Of a stretch of DNA of 64,000 nt, positions 1 through 10,002 are shown piece after piece (positions within the stretch are counted from its first letter, which is position 1; each line of letters starts with the position of its first letter). A program made the translations under genes and the position numbers. The stretch is from the IMG/VR virus record IMGVR_UViG_3300035703_000082, positions 496-64,495 of that record. One strand, 5' to 3'. A model generated the notes under the pieces. That model was not told the DNA's origin and made no database searches. It saw nothing but the letters and a program-made list of their open reading frames with translations. Source of the DNA: a virus.

Positions 1-1
1 T

Positions 2-3000
2 GTCCACGAAGCCCCGGGCATCAGCCGGGATGCGCCCCTCGTACTGCGGGTTGGCCTTGACCAGCGCGTCGACCGAGTCGTAGATCTGCACCCGGCCCAG
101 ATCCGGGAACGCCTTGCGCAATTCCGTGCGCACGCTGTCGGTAGTGGACGGGGTGGCGGTAGCGCCACGGGAGAAGAACGCCTCTTCACGCGGCCCGCCG
201 AGAATCTCGATCTCAGGGGCTTCGTATTCAATCTCTTCGCCGGCTATATCTTTTACTTTAGGGCTACGGTACATGCCGCCGTCCCACGGCTTAAAGCCGC
301 TCTTAGCGTACCATGCCTCTAGTTGTTTTGCGGACAGCCCCTTAGTACCGACTTTTTGCGGCTGCAGCGTTAGCGTAACGCCGTGCTTATCAGCCAAAGC
401 CAGCAGTTTTTTGAGTACGGCAGATGCTTCGCCCTTACCGCCGACGCCGTTGTTTCTGATAAGGCTAATGTATGCGCCCTTGCCTGGAGAAGGAAAAACG
501 TTTTTCTTTACATCAACGTCAACATCTCCAAACGCACGCAATCCTTTTTCTTTTTTGCTCGGCTTGGTTATTTTTTCAAGCGACTTAAGGAAACTGTCTA
601 CGTTTTGTTCAGCAGTGCGCTTACCCTTGGTTTCAGGCGTTCCCTCGAGTTCTTTCGCGATTGCCGCTTCTTCTTTTGCCGTCAACGGTGCTTTTTCCGA
701 CAGCTTTACTTTTGACAAAGTAAGCGCGGCAAGCTCAGCCTCCGCCTCCGCCAGTTGTTGCGCTCGCGTGTTGCTGTCGCCTTTGGTCACGATCTCATAT
801 CGCGCTTCAGCAACAGCAAGCTGTGCCTCCGCAAGGCGCTTCTCTGACGGCGTTTTTGCTGACGTAACCGCGCTCTCGGCGGCGATTACGTTTGCCTCCG
901 CCTGCTCCTTCCGCGTCATCGGAATGTCGCGCTGCCGCACCCCCAGGACTTCCTTCAAGCGGCCATCAGGCTGCGTCGTCGTCTCTCCAGCACGACTCTC
1001 CTCCGACCCGGTACGCATCTCGCGCGGTGCAAAGACTTCGGGCCGAGTGACCGGGCCAATGGCGCGGGGGCCAAGGCGTTCGCCTGTAGTGCGGCTGCGC
1101 AGAATCTCGGCGTTCAGGGCTTCGCGCTCCTTGCGAACCGCAGCCGGATCGACACGCAGCACCTTCGGCGCACCCAACGCAGCCGCCAGCTTGCGGCGGT
1201 GTCCAACGAGTTTTTGCTCGGCGTTAGCCAACGCTTTACGCGCTTTCTCGCGGCGTGCCTCTAGCGCGGACTCAGCTCCTGCCGGATCATCCTTGAACGT
1301 CTTCTTGTCGCGCACCGTCAGCTTGATGTCCGCAAGCTTCTTGCGCAACGTATCTACAGTCTTTTCGGCAGCAGCAATGTTGTTGATGTGCGTGTTCGCC
1401 GTAGACAGCCGTTTCTTTTCGTCTGCGGACAGCTTGTTTTGCTTGGCCTCTACGTAGGCATCGGCCTCTTTTGCCTTAGCCAGCCGCTCCTCCGGCGACA
1501 GCTTCGTGTCGTACACGGCCTCGGCCAGCGCAAGATACTTCGGATCGGCAGAGATGATCTGCTCTCGCGCACGTTGGAACGTGATGACTTCGCGCGGTGC
1601 GGCCTTCCCCGGGAAGGGCCCTTCCAACCGCTCCAGCCGCGCTTGCTCGGCTTGCGCCGCCTCGGCAGACGCGCGTTCACGTTCGGCGCGGTCCGCACGC
1701 TCGGTGGTGGGCGGTGGTGCAGGCGGAGTCTTGCGCGCCTCGATCAGCGACTGCTTCGTGCGCAGTTCTTTCTTGAGCGCGGCGGCACCAGTGCGCAGTT
1801 CCTGCGCGGCCTTCTGCAGCTTGCCGACCTGCTCTCGCGTGCCCCGTGTGTTATCTGCGACTTGCGCAAGCGCCTCTTGCGCCGCAGCATAGTTCTGCTG
1901 CGCACGATCAAACGCATCGAACTGTTCTTGCGTGCCGCTGTAAAGCCGCAGTTCGTCTTTGGCGCGCGTCGCCGCTGCATCGATGGATGCGCGGTATCCT
2001 TTGATCGCCGCCGTAAGATCCGAGCCCGGACGGTCAAGCGCCTTCAGGAACGCTTGATGCGCAGCTTCCCGCTGCTGGACAAACTGCTCAAGGTCCGTTT
2101 GTTTCGCAGTTTTTTTCAGCAAACTCGACTGCCTACTGAGCCGCCGCATACGCGCATCAAACGCATTGTACAGCGCCGCCTCTTTGTCGAGGTAGTTTTG
2201 CAAGTCCGCGTCGCTTAGCGGCGAGAAGACCTTAATCTGGGCGGACGCTTTGTTGAACGAGTCCTTGGCGCTCTGCAGTTTCTTGCGGGCGGCGTCGAGC
2301 TGCCGCTTAGCCAGCGAATACTCCGCAAAGGTCGTAGACGTTTCACTCCAGTCCTTGCCGATGTTTTTCTGGACAACGTCGCGCTTGTACGTCTCGGCCT
2401 TCACCCACTCGTCGAGCGCAGTCTCGACTTTTTCTTTCGCAGCACGCAGGGCTGCGAAACGCGCGGCATCGCCCTTGAACACGACGGCTTTGTCTGTGCC
2501 GCCGATGGCGGGCACTACGTCCGTCTTTTGTGCCTCTACCGCCGCCAGCAGCGCGCGAGTGTGGTCACCCAGCGCACGGGCAGATTCTGTCGCGGCGTCG
2601 AGGGCTTGCGCATACCGCTGCTGTGCAAGATCCCGCAGGGCCAATACTTGCTCGAAGTCGCTCTCCAACTCGTTGCGAGCGGCAGCAAGATCAGCCCGCG
2701 CCAGCTCCACGCGCCGCTGCGCTGCCGCACGTTCGGCACCCATCGTGCCCTCCAGCGCAGCAATCTCGGTATTGAGCGCGGTCTCCTTGGCCTTGAACCC
2801 TTCGATCTGGGCCTTCAGCGGCTCTAGCTCCGCCTGCATGCGCACGACGGACAGCGCGGCTTCACCGTCCTTGCTGACCAAAATAGGCGCACGGGTGGTG
2901 AGGTAGTCGTAGAACTCCTTGTACGAACCGAACGCCGTGGCGCGGGGCTCCGGCATCTCCGGGAACTCCGGCTGCACCCCGGCTTCTTGCTCCGACGGAC

Positions 3001-5695
3001 GGGCTTCTGCAATACTGCGCAGCGTCTCTTGCACCTGGGCGTTGCCCTGCGGGCTCCCGCGTCCTGACAGTGTGCGGTACATCCACTCGGCTACACGCCG
3101 CGATGCCCGCTCTTCTGCCGCTTGGCGCGGCACAGAGGGTTCTGCCAGCGCCGCCTCGTACCGCACGTAGGCAGGCAAGTCGTCGGCAACTTCCGCCACA
3201 AGTGCTTTGGTCTCGTCGTCCAACTGCGGCGCAGCCTGGATGCGCTGCGCCATCGCGCGGATGCGCTCGTCCAGCGGCCCTCGGGGGCGCACACTGACCT
3301 GCGGGCTTTCGGCAGGCAGACCGACCGTGGTCGTGGTGACGGTGGGCTGCATCCGGGCGTTGAGCTGCTGCTCCAGAGCCTCGATGCGCTGACGGACACC
3401 CTCGATGCGTTGAAACGTCTCAGGCGATGGCCCGAGCGGAGAGTACGGCCCCTCTGCGCCCGTAGGTGCAGCGCCTGCTTCGCGTTGCGTCCGCGTCAGC
3501 CTGCGCAGCTCTCGGTACTGCTCGGCAAGCTGTCTGCGCAGTGCAACAACCTCTGGGGCGGCGCGGCCAACGACCTGAGCACGCGCACCTTCGCGCGGCG
3601 TGGGCAGTTCCGGCGCAGCAGGCTCTTCAGTGCGCTCAATCCGTTGCCGCCGCTCGGGGAACAGCTCAAACTGCTGGTCTTGGCGCAGGGTGCCGTAGGT
3701 ACGCTCCAAACGCCGCGCTTCACGGGCCTCGCCAACCGCCTCACGCAGCGGCTCTTCTCCGGCACGAATACGCTCCAGCGCTTCACGCTCACGCTCCACC
3801 CGCTGACGCGCCTGGGCTTCTGCGGCAACAGCCGCCTCACGCTCCGTACGCGCAGCCTCACGCCCTGCACTGATCTCGTCAAGCAGCTCCGCTTGCCGCT
3901 GCTGCTCCGCAGCAATCGCTTCTGGGGCAAACAGGCCAGTATCGGGACTGAGCGCCTGCAGTTGCTGTCGAACTTGCAGCAGCTCGGGCACAACTTCCAG
4001 TACTACGTCTTGGTCGCCGCTGTCCAGCGCTTTTGCGTAGCGTTCTTCCAGCTTCTTTGCACGGTCAAGCAGCTCTTTTTCTTCCGGCAACGCTTCGGCA
4101 GTTTTCTCTGCCTCTTCTACCGCTTTCTTTGTGCGAGCAACACGCTGTGCAATTTGTGCGGCTTCTTCCGGCGATGCCGCCGCTTTCATCTCTTCGCGCT
4201 GTTGAGTCAGCAACGCTTGCAATCCGGGAAGTTCCTGGCGCATACGCGCAGCACGTTCCTCGGCAGTTTCTTCGCCCACAAGCTCTCGCTGCGCATAGAC
4301 CTCGCCGGAACGCCGAGCTTCTTCGGTCGTTTGCGCCCGCGCACGCTCGGGCAGCATTTGCACTCGCGCAGCCCGTTCCTCCGGCGTTTCTTCCGCAGCC
4401 GGCGTCAACTCAAGCCGGCTTTCACGCGCTTTCTTTAGCGCTTGCGGACCCCCGGCAGAGAGGAACTCTTGTCGTGCGTCAGCAAGCGGCTTCTTCAGTG
4501 TCTCAAGCTGCTGATTGATAACGGCGTTGCTATCTTTGTCTTCCTGCGACAGCGGTGCTTCTTTGGTGCCCTTTTTGCGCTGCGCTTCGAGTGCTTCTTT
4601 TTCGTCGAGCAGCTTCCTGTATTCGCTGTACGAGGACTCGATGTACTCCGGCGCTTCGCGCTGTGCCTTCTCGGCCTGCGCTGCTGCCCGACGCTGCTCG
4701 GCGGCTGCGGTTTCTTCTGCTGCACGGGCTTCGGTGCGGGCTCCAGCCCGGTCAAAGGCACGGCCTGCGGCACCCAGGGGCGTACCCACCAGCGCCCCGC
4801 CGTAGGCGTTCTCGCCGTACTCCTTGAGGGCGTCGTCGTCCAGCAGGGGCAGCCCCGCCTGAGCCCGCTCCGCCACGGCCTGCAGCACTTCGGTCGGCAC
4901 GTTGGTCGCAGCGCCAACGCCCGCACCCTTGGCGAGCACCGTGGCAAGGTTCTCCTTGGCAAGCGCTTCGGCGGCTTCCTTCTTGCCCTGACCAAGTAGC
5001 GCGTCGACCTGGGGGCCGAAGACACTGCGGGCGACACGCCGGCCCAGTGGGATGAACGTCGCTGCGGCCTCCAGGCCGGTCTGCAACGCCGCCGCGCCTG
5101 CGGCAGGGCCCAGCTCCACATCCACCGCTTCGCCGCGTGCACGCTGCTCCGCAGCCTGCCGCTCGATGTTCGCGCCGTACAGCGAGGGGAAGATCGTCGC
5201 CAGGGCACCCAGAGTGCCGCCAATGACGGGGCCTGCCGGGGCCGCAGGCCCGAGGAGAGGCGCTGCTGCCGTGCCCGCCAGCGCACCAGCCTTGGCTCCG
5301 CCCAGCGTCGCAGCAAGCTGCGGGAGCTGCTCAGTGATCGCCAGGGGAACTTGGCGCAGGATCTCACCTACGGCGGCGACCGCACCGCGCGAGCCGTACG
5401 CCTCCTTGACCTTGTCCCAGCTCACCTGACTGGCGTAGGGCGAGTTGGCCGCACGCTCCAGCGCCAGCTCCGCTGCCTTGTTCTCGTCCCCAAACGTGGC
5501 CTGCGCCGCCGTCGTGGTGGAGCCGATGAGGTTCTCTACACCCGTGGCAAGAGCCGCACCGAAGCCCGTGCGCGGGGCAGGTTTAGCTGTTGCTTCTTGT
5601 TGATGCGTGTAGTTGGCCCACCGCCATGCAGTGCTCTCGTCAGGCGCGTCTACACGGTAGACGTTGTTGCCAACTTTTACGTCATAGGAGGGCAT
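2..5695 (-). CDS. Giant internal virion / polyvalent protein, N-terminal >=1,898 aa (runs off the left edge); includes a GNAT-like module
   Basis: ATG at 5695 (MPSYDVKVGNNVYRVDAPD...). Segments translated by hand are open, and the ORF track lists no closed minus ORF in this frame, consistent with no stop before position 2. Ala/Gly-rich hydrophobic N-terminus, then long E/K/Q/A coiled-coil, then GNAT-like segment. Last gene of the internal-protein cluster. Confidence 0.85.
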   Translation of the reverse strand, partial: MPSYDVKVGNNVYRVDAPDESTAWRWANYTHQQEATAKPAPRTGFGAALATGVENLIGSTTTAAQATFGDENKAAELALERAANSPYASQVSWDKVKEAYGSRGAVAAVGEILRQVPLAITEQLPQLAATLGGAKAGALAGTAAAPLLGPAAPAGPVIGGTLGALATIFPSLYGANIERQAAEQRARGEAVDVELGPAAGAAALQTGLEAAATFIPLGRRVARSVFGPQVDALLGQGKKEAAEALAKENLATVLAKGAGVGAATNVPTEVLQAVAERAQAGLPLLDDDALKEYGENAYGGALVGTPLGAAGRAFDRAGARTEARAAEETAAAEQRRAAAQAEKAQREAPEYIESSYSEYRKLLDEKEALEAQRKKGTKEAPLSQEDKDSNAVINQQLETLKKPLADARQEFLSAGGPQALKKARESRLELTPAAEETPEERAARVQMLPERARAQTTEEARRSGEVYAQRELVGEETAEERAARMRQELPGLQALLTQQREEMKAAASPEEAAQIAQRVARTKKAVEEAEKTAEALPEEKELLDRAKKLEERYAKALDSGDQDVVLEVVPELLQVRQQLQALSPDTGLFAPEAIAAEQQRQAELLDEISAGREAARTEREAAVAAEAQARQRVEREREALERIRAGEEPLREAVGEAREARRLERTYGTLRQDQQFELFPERRQRIERTEEPAAPELPTPREGARAQVVGRAAPEVVALRRQLAEQYRELRRLTRTQREAGAAPTGAEGPYSPLGPSPETFQRIEGVRQRIEALEQQLNARMQPTVTTTTVGLPAESPQVSVRPRGPLDERIRAMAQRIQAAPQLDDETKALVAEVADDLPAYVRYEAALAEPSVPRQAAEERASRRVAEWMYRTLSGRGSPQGNAQVQETLRSIAEARPSEQEAGVQPEFPEMPEPRATAFGSYKEFYDYLTTRAPILVSKDGEAALSVVRMQAELEPLKAQIEGFKAKETALNTEIAALEGTMGAERAAAQRRVELARADLAAARNELESDFEQVLALRDLAQQRYAQALDAATESARALGDHTRALLAAVEAQKTDVVPAIGGTDKAVVFKGDAARFAALRAAKEKVETALDEWVKAETYKRDVVQKNIGKDWSETSTTFAEYSLAKRQLDAARKKLQSAKDSFNKASAQIKVFSPLSDADLQNYLDKEAALYNAFDARMRRLSRQSSLLKKTAKQTDLEQFVQQREAAHQAFLKALDRPGSDLTAAIKGYRASIDAAATRAKDELRLYSGTQEQFDAFDRAQQNYAAAQEALAQVADNTRGTREQVGKLQKAAQELRTGAAALKKELRTKQSLIEARKTPPAPPPTTERADRAERERASAEAAQAEQARLERLEGPFPGKAAPREVITFQRAREQIISADPKYLALAEAVYDTKLSPEERLAKAKEADAYVEAKQNKLSADEKKRLSTANTHINNIAAAEKTVDTLRKKLADIKLTVRDKKTFKDDPAGAESALEARREKARKALANAEQKLVGHRRKLAAALGAPKVLRVDPAAVRKEREALNAEILRSRTTGERLGPRAIGPVTRPEVFAPREMRTGSEESRAGETTTQPDGRLKEVLGVRQRDIPMTRKEQAEANVIAAESAVTSAKTPSEKRLAEAQLAVAEARYEIVTKGDSNTRAQQLAEAEAELAALTLSKVKLSEKAPLTAKEEAAIAKELEGTPETKGKRTAEQNVDSFLKSLEKITKPSKKEKGLRAFGDVDVDVKKNVFPSPGKGAYISLIRNNGVGGKGEASAVLKKLLALADKHGVTLTLQPQKVGTKGLSAKQLEAWYAKSGFKPWDGGMYRSPKVKDIAGEEIEYEAPEIEILGGPREEAFFSRGATATPSTTDSVRTELRKAFPDLGRVQIYDSVDALVKANPQYEGRIPADARGFVD

Positions 5696-5704
5696 TGATA
5701 CTCC

Positions 5705-7339
5705 TTACCTAACCCGTTGCACTGCGCCGGGGGGCGGCACATCACTGGCACCCGTGGGCGCGGTATCCACCGTCATGCCGCCGAGGCGTGCGAGTTGCTC
5801 GCGAAGCCGCACGGCGCGTTGTTCAGCGGCTGCACGCTGTGCAGGAGTGGCGCTCAAGGAGGCCGCAACTGTGTTTGCCTCCTCCAGCAATGCACGGATC
5901 GCGCTCACTTGCCCGGTATCAACGCGGCTCTCGCGTCCGCCCCCTTGCTGCGCCCGTACAAGGTCAGCTTGAGCAGCAACACGCCTTGCCCCCGCTTCGA
6001 CCTCGGTCGCGGAAGTCTTCCGCTCTTCCCGCCCTTCCGACGCCAGTTTGAACTGGTAGTCGCGCAGGGCTTCCGATGCCTTGATTTCTGCCGCCGCGAT
6101 ACGCTCGCGGTCGCCCGAGCGGTAGGCGAGCTGTTTCTCCAGCATGGCTTGGCGCAGGGTTTCTTCTGCGTCCTCCAGCGTCATCAGCTCCTTGCGGAGC
6201 TGCCGCTGCTGTTCGCGCCGCTTGGTCTCGAATTCACCCACGCCCTGCGCTGCGCCTGACAGGAATTCCCCAAGGCTCTTGGCCCCACGGGCCCCGCCAA
6301 GCGCTGCCGCCAACGCGGCTTGCCGCTGCTCCTCCGGCGTCTGATCCAGGCTCCTGCCATACTCCTCGCGCTGCTGTGCACGGCGCGTCAGCCGCGCCTC
6401 CTGGCTCTTCAGGAGCGCTTCGCGCAGCGCCTTCTCGTCTTCGGGCACGGTGCCTGCGCCGCGCACGCGGCTCATGTAGTCCTCGATGCTGAACGGCGTC
6501 ACGCCCGGAGGCAGTGCCGATGCAAGGCCGGGAGCTTGTGCAGGCGGCGTAGCCGCAGCGGCAGGAGGCCGCGCAGCAGGCGGAGGCGGGGTTTGACGGG
6601 GTGGGGGCGGCGTTTGGGACGCAACCCTGCGCCCTTCTCGCACCGCTGCGGGTTCTGGGTACGACTGCGTCGTAGCTGCCCGTGCCGGCGCAGCGGCTGC
6701 GCCTGCGGCAGCAGCAAGCCCTGCTGCAGGAGCCGGAGAAATACGCCCTTGAGTGAGCGCGTCCAGTATCGGGAGGCGTTGCTCGGGAGGCGTGCGGAAG
6801 TAGTCCATCACGCTGCGAAACGCGCGGCGCAAGGGGCGGTTGGCAATCTCGTCCGCTTCTTCAGCTTCGCGGCGCTTACGCGCTTCGTACTGCGCACGCG
6901 TCTCCCCAGGCTCCGGGCCTTCGCGCGGGGAGAAGATCGGCACGCCGCCGACGGAGGTGAGCGTGTCATCGGCACGCGTCGCTCCACCCAACTGAAACCC
7001 CTGCACCTGCATCAACCCGCCTTGCGCGGCGTTGACGGTGCCCATGACGCCTTCGGCCACAGTGCGGGGCTGCTGTGCCAGTTGCTGCTGCGCGGACTGA
7101 AGCTGCTGCGCTTCGCGCATCTGCTGCATCTTGATCTGGCGATCTCGCGCAGCGATGATGGCGTACGTCGGCACGCCTTCCGGCGGGTTCATGTACAACT
7201 GCTTCAGCACTTCAGGCGGCAGCTTGACCAATGAATCTACCGTGCTCGGCACCGGCTGCTGCACACCCTGCTTCGCCTGCATGGCAGAAAAAAGCCCGCT
7301 CATGGTGGGCGCGGCCTGTCCGGGCATTTGCGGCATCAT
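5705..7339 (-). CDS. Internal virion (ejection) protein
   Basis: 544 aa, Q/A/P-rich and coiled-coil; position among the late internal-protein genes; AAQGGLM motif. Confidence 0.65.
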   Translation of the reverse strand: MMPQMPGQAAPTMSGLFSAMQAKQGVQQPVPSTVDSLVKLPPEVLKQLYMNPPEGVPTYAIIAARDRQIKMQQMREAQQLQSAQQQLAQQPRTVAEGVMGTVNAAQGGLMQVQGFQLGGATRADDTLTSVGGVPIFSPREGPEPGETRAQYEARKRREAEEADEIANRPLRRAFRSVMDYFRTPPEQRLPILDALTQGRISPAPAAGLAAAAGAAAAPARAATTQSYPEPAAVREGRRVASQTPPPPRQTPPPPAARPPAAAATPPAQAPGLASALPPGVTPFSIEDYMSRVRGAGTVPEDEKALREALLKSQEARLTRRAQQREEYGRSLDQTPEEQRQAALAAALGGARGAKSLGEFLSGAAQGVGEFETKRREQQRQLRKELMTLEDAEETLRQAMLEKQLAYRSGDRERIAAAEIKASEALRDYQFKLASEGREERKTSATEVEAGARRVAAQADLVRAQQGGGRESRVDTGQVSAIRALLEEANTVAASLSATPAQRAAAEQRAVRLREQLARLGGMTVDTAPTGASDVPPPGAVQRVR

Positions 7340-8418
7340 TTTGTGTCTCCAAAGAAGTTCAGCAACCCGTATGCGCCGAGTCCGCCTTTTAAGGCTTCTA
7401 GTAGCGCAGACTGCTCCGGCTGGAACTCATTGGCCCTGATTGGAAGCCCCTGCAACAGACTCTGCATGTACGTCGCCTGTTGGTACGGATACTTCATACT
7501 CTCTTGGAACTGTTGGTAGCCGAAGTCGAGCGGCTGCTGAGCAAGCTCGCGCTGTGTTGCACCCGCTGCAAGCTGATCCGCCAGAGACCGGAGCCCGTAG
7601 TTGGCACCGAATTGACGCGACGCTTCTGACTGTCGTTGGGCCTCCAGGCCCTGGGTTGCACCGAACTCCGCGCCTCGGGCGCGTTGTTGCTCTTGGAACT
7701 GCCGTGCGGCCTCCGTCTGCTGGAGCCCCGCCAATCCGTACTGTGCGCCTAGCTGCGCGGCGGTCATGGCTTGACCAGCACCGAACTGCCGGGACGCCTC
7801 CGTCCCGCGTTGAGCCTCCAGGCCCAGGCCAGCCTCTTGTGCACGCTGCGCCAGCGCACGGTCGTAAGCCCCCTGCAAGCCCCGGGAGGTGATGTCCCCG
7901 ATTTGCGTACCGAGGTTGCGCTGACGCTCCGCCTCCATGATGGCTTGCCGGCTACCGCCGAAGGCTCCAGCCTGCGCAAGCCGCGCCTGCTCCGCATTCC
8001 GAGAAATGTCCGCCTGCCGCCGCGCCTCACGCGCTTCGATGTCCGTCACCGAAGAGAGATACGGTGACATGTAGCTCTGCACCGAACCCACCGGCCCAAG
8101 ACCAGTGTTGAACTGCATCGGCGTGTACGCACCGGGCGCAGTGAACTGGTTGCTGAACTGAGTGGCACCAGACAACGCCGGGGGCGTGTAGCCTGCGGTG
8201 AACTGCGTGGGGGTGTACTGGCCTAGCGCACCAAGACCCGAGAAGGCTTGCTGTTGGAGCGCCGAAGGCCCCGCGAAGCGCTCACCCGTGTAGGGCTGGA
8301 ACGGCAGGTTGGCCGCTGCCTCCCCCTTCGACAGCATGTTGTAAACATACGGCGCGAAGTTGGGGCTGAGCGTGGATTGAGAGGGGTCAAGGCTCGTGGT
8401 GGTAACGTCAGCCATCAC
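7336..8418 (-). CDS. Internal virion (ejection/pilot-like) protein
   Basis: 360 aa, Q/A/G-rich with EAxRQFGA repeats; coupled to its neighbours by overlapping start/stop codons. Confidence 0.65.
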   Translation of the reverse strand: MMADVTTTSLDPSQSTLSPNFAPYVYNMLSKGEAAANLPFQPYTGERFAGPSALQQQAFSGLGALGQYTPTQFTAGYTPPALSGATQFSNQFTAPGAYTPMQFNTGLGPVGSVQSYMSPYLSSVTDIEAREARRQADISRNAEQARLAQAGAFGGSRQAIMEAERQRNLGTQIGDITSRGLQGAYDRALAQRAQEAGLGLEAQRGTEASRQFGAGQAMTAAQLGAQYGLAGLQQTEAARQFQEQQRARGAEFGATQGLEAQRQSEASRQFGANYGLRSLADQLAAGATQRELAQQPLDFGYQQFQESMKYPYQQATYMQSLLQGLPIRANEFQPEQSALLEALKGGLGAYGLLNFFGDTK

Positions 8419-9995
8419 GCTCTCCTCTGGAGGTTGTTCATCAGGTTGTACATCTGGCGTGCACCGCCCATGCGCTGGACAGTCTCCCGAGGGACGTAGG
8501 CTTCACCGTTTGACACCCGGGCCGGAGTCTGGCCCTTGGCCCCGTGGATTGTCGCAGGGATGCTGTCGCTTGTGCCAGTCCCTGGCCCCCGAATTGGCTG
8601 CGCACCGGGCACCAGCGCGGCGAGGCCCCGGGGTCCGCCCGCGCCATCAACGGCCCGCTTGGTCAGCACGAACCCGCCGTCTTCCATATTGACGTGGCCC
8701 CCGTGGGCGTAGGCGTGCATCAGTCCGCCTTGGGCGGCGTATTGAGCCAGCGGACCGTACTTGCCTTGCACCATCATGCGCTGAAGGGGCGCGGGGCCTT
8801 GGTAGGCTTGAGCGGTACCGCCCCCGCGTTGAGGAAGACGTTCCTTGGCAGCTAGGTAGGCTGCGAGACCAGCGAGCCCGGTCTTGCCCAGGTCAGAGGT
8901 CACGAGTTTGCCCAGGGTGTCAAGCCCGGGAGTGTCGATGAACTTCTTGAGGGGATCGAAGAAACCGGTGCCACCCAGGACTTCGGAAGGAATGTTCGTG
9001 CCTTTGGTCAGGATACCCGTGCCAGCAACGCCGGGGCCTTCTGTTGCAGCAACTTCTTCCATGTCGGAGAGGAACGGTCTGGTAGCAGCGGCGGCATTCC
9101 CGCCGATAGCCGCCATCCCTTCGGGAACACCCATACCTGCAGCGAGCGCGGCGTCAGCAGGCACTCCGAGGTCAGCGAAGCCGGCGTAGAGGTCTCCAAC
9201 ACCCGCACCGGGCACGCCCGTCATGTCCCACGGGCCGCTAGGAGGCAGCTCCATCGCAAGATCACCGAGCAGTACATCCGGCGTCTGTACGTGAGCAATG
9301 GAGCCGACATCGGTAAGCGGCTGAAGTACAACCTGCTCCGGTGCCGCGATACCCGACAAACCGCCAGTGATGTCAGAGCTTAGGCCCGCTAGGTCAGCGG
9401 CAGTGAGACCTCCGATAGCCGGAACCTGCGCAATCGGTACCCCCGACGCTCCAACGATATTGCCGCTGACCGCACCGAGACCTTCCATCGCTCCACCTGC
9501 GGCGATAGCTCCCGGACCAGTAGCACCGCTCAAGGCAGTCGTTACGGGCGTCAGTGCGTTGCCCAGCGCCCCAGCGCCGAAATACGCGCCTACAGAGGGA
9601 AGGACAAATTCCTTGAAGAAATCGCCGAAGCCGCCGACTTTAACCGTTCGCTGGTTTGTTACTTCACCAGTGGGCAGGCGGAAACCGACGGTCTGTCTGT
9701 CCTTGTTGATCTTGCTCGCGTCAGTGACGAAATCGTAGCCCTCGGCCCGCTTTGACTGAATCCAGTTTAGGAACTGAGGCGAATAGCCGGTGTAATTGTT
9801 GCCGTCAGGGCCGATGTAATCTTCCATCGTAGGCCCCGTCCACCCGAGTTGCGGCGCAACCATCTCCCAGTTCTGCGGGCTCTGTAGTCCAGCAACCTGC
9901 GAGTCATACGCACCGGAAACGTAGCCGCTCTCGTCGTAAGTGCCGGGATACTGCGAGAAAAACGGGTCACTCGCGGAAAGCCATTGCTGTGCCAT
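8415..9995 (-). CDS. Internal virion protein with C-terminal GPGTGTSDSIPA motif
   Basis: 526 aa; C-terminal GG...GPGTGTSDSIPA...SNGEAYV resembles the motif near the end of many tape-measure proteins. Confidence 0.6.
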   Translation of the reverse strand: MAQQWLSASDPFFSQYPGTYDESGYVSGAYDSQVAGLQSPQNWEMVAPQLGWTGPTMEDYIGPDGNNYTGYSPQFLNWIQSKRAEGYDFVTDASKINKDRQTVGFRLPTGEVTNQRTVKVGGFGDFFKEFVLPSVGAYFGAGALGNALTPVTTALSGATGPGAIAAGGAMEGLGAVSGNIVGASGVPIAQVPAIGGLTAADLAGLSSDITGGLSGIAAPEQVVLQPLTDVGSIAHVQTPDVLLGDLAMELPPSGPWDMTGVPGAGVGDLYAGFADLGVPADAALAAGMGVPEGMAAIGGNAAAATRPFLSDMEEVAATEGPGVAGTGILTKGTNIPSEVLGGTGFFDPLKKFIDTPGLDTLGKLVTSDLGKTGLAGLAAYLAAKERLPQRGGGTAQAYQGPAPLQRMMVQGKYGPLAQYAAQGGLMHAYAHGGHVNMEDGGFVLTKRAVDGAGGPRGLAALVPGAQPIRGPGTGTSDSIPATIHGAKGQTPARVSNGEAYVPRETVQRMGGARQMYNLMNNLQRRA

Positions 9996-10002
9996 GATTA
10001 CC

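Noticed and set aside
114-5429. Long plus-strand ORFs (e.g. 114-1457, 3122-4438) and similar antisense ORFs elsewhere (30590-32566, 34618-36006, 60513-62009)
   Set aside because: Shadow frames of strongly biased genes on the opposite strand; no RBS or motifs
1-5695. N4-like virion RNA polymerase reading the hairpins as promoters
   Set aside because: No T7-type polymerase motifs were seen in the translated part, and host sigma70 promoters are present; the unseen middle of the gene cannot be excluded
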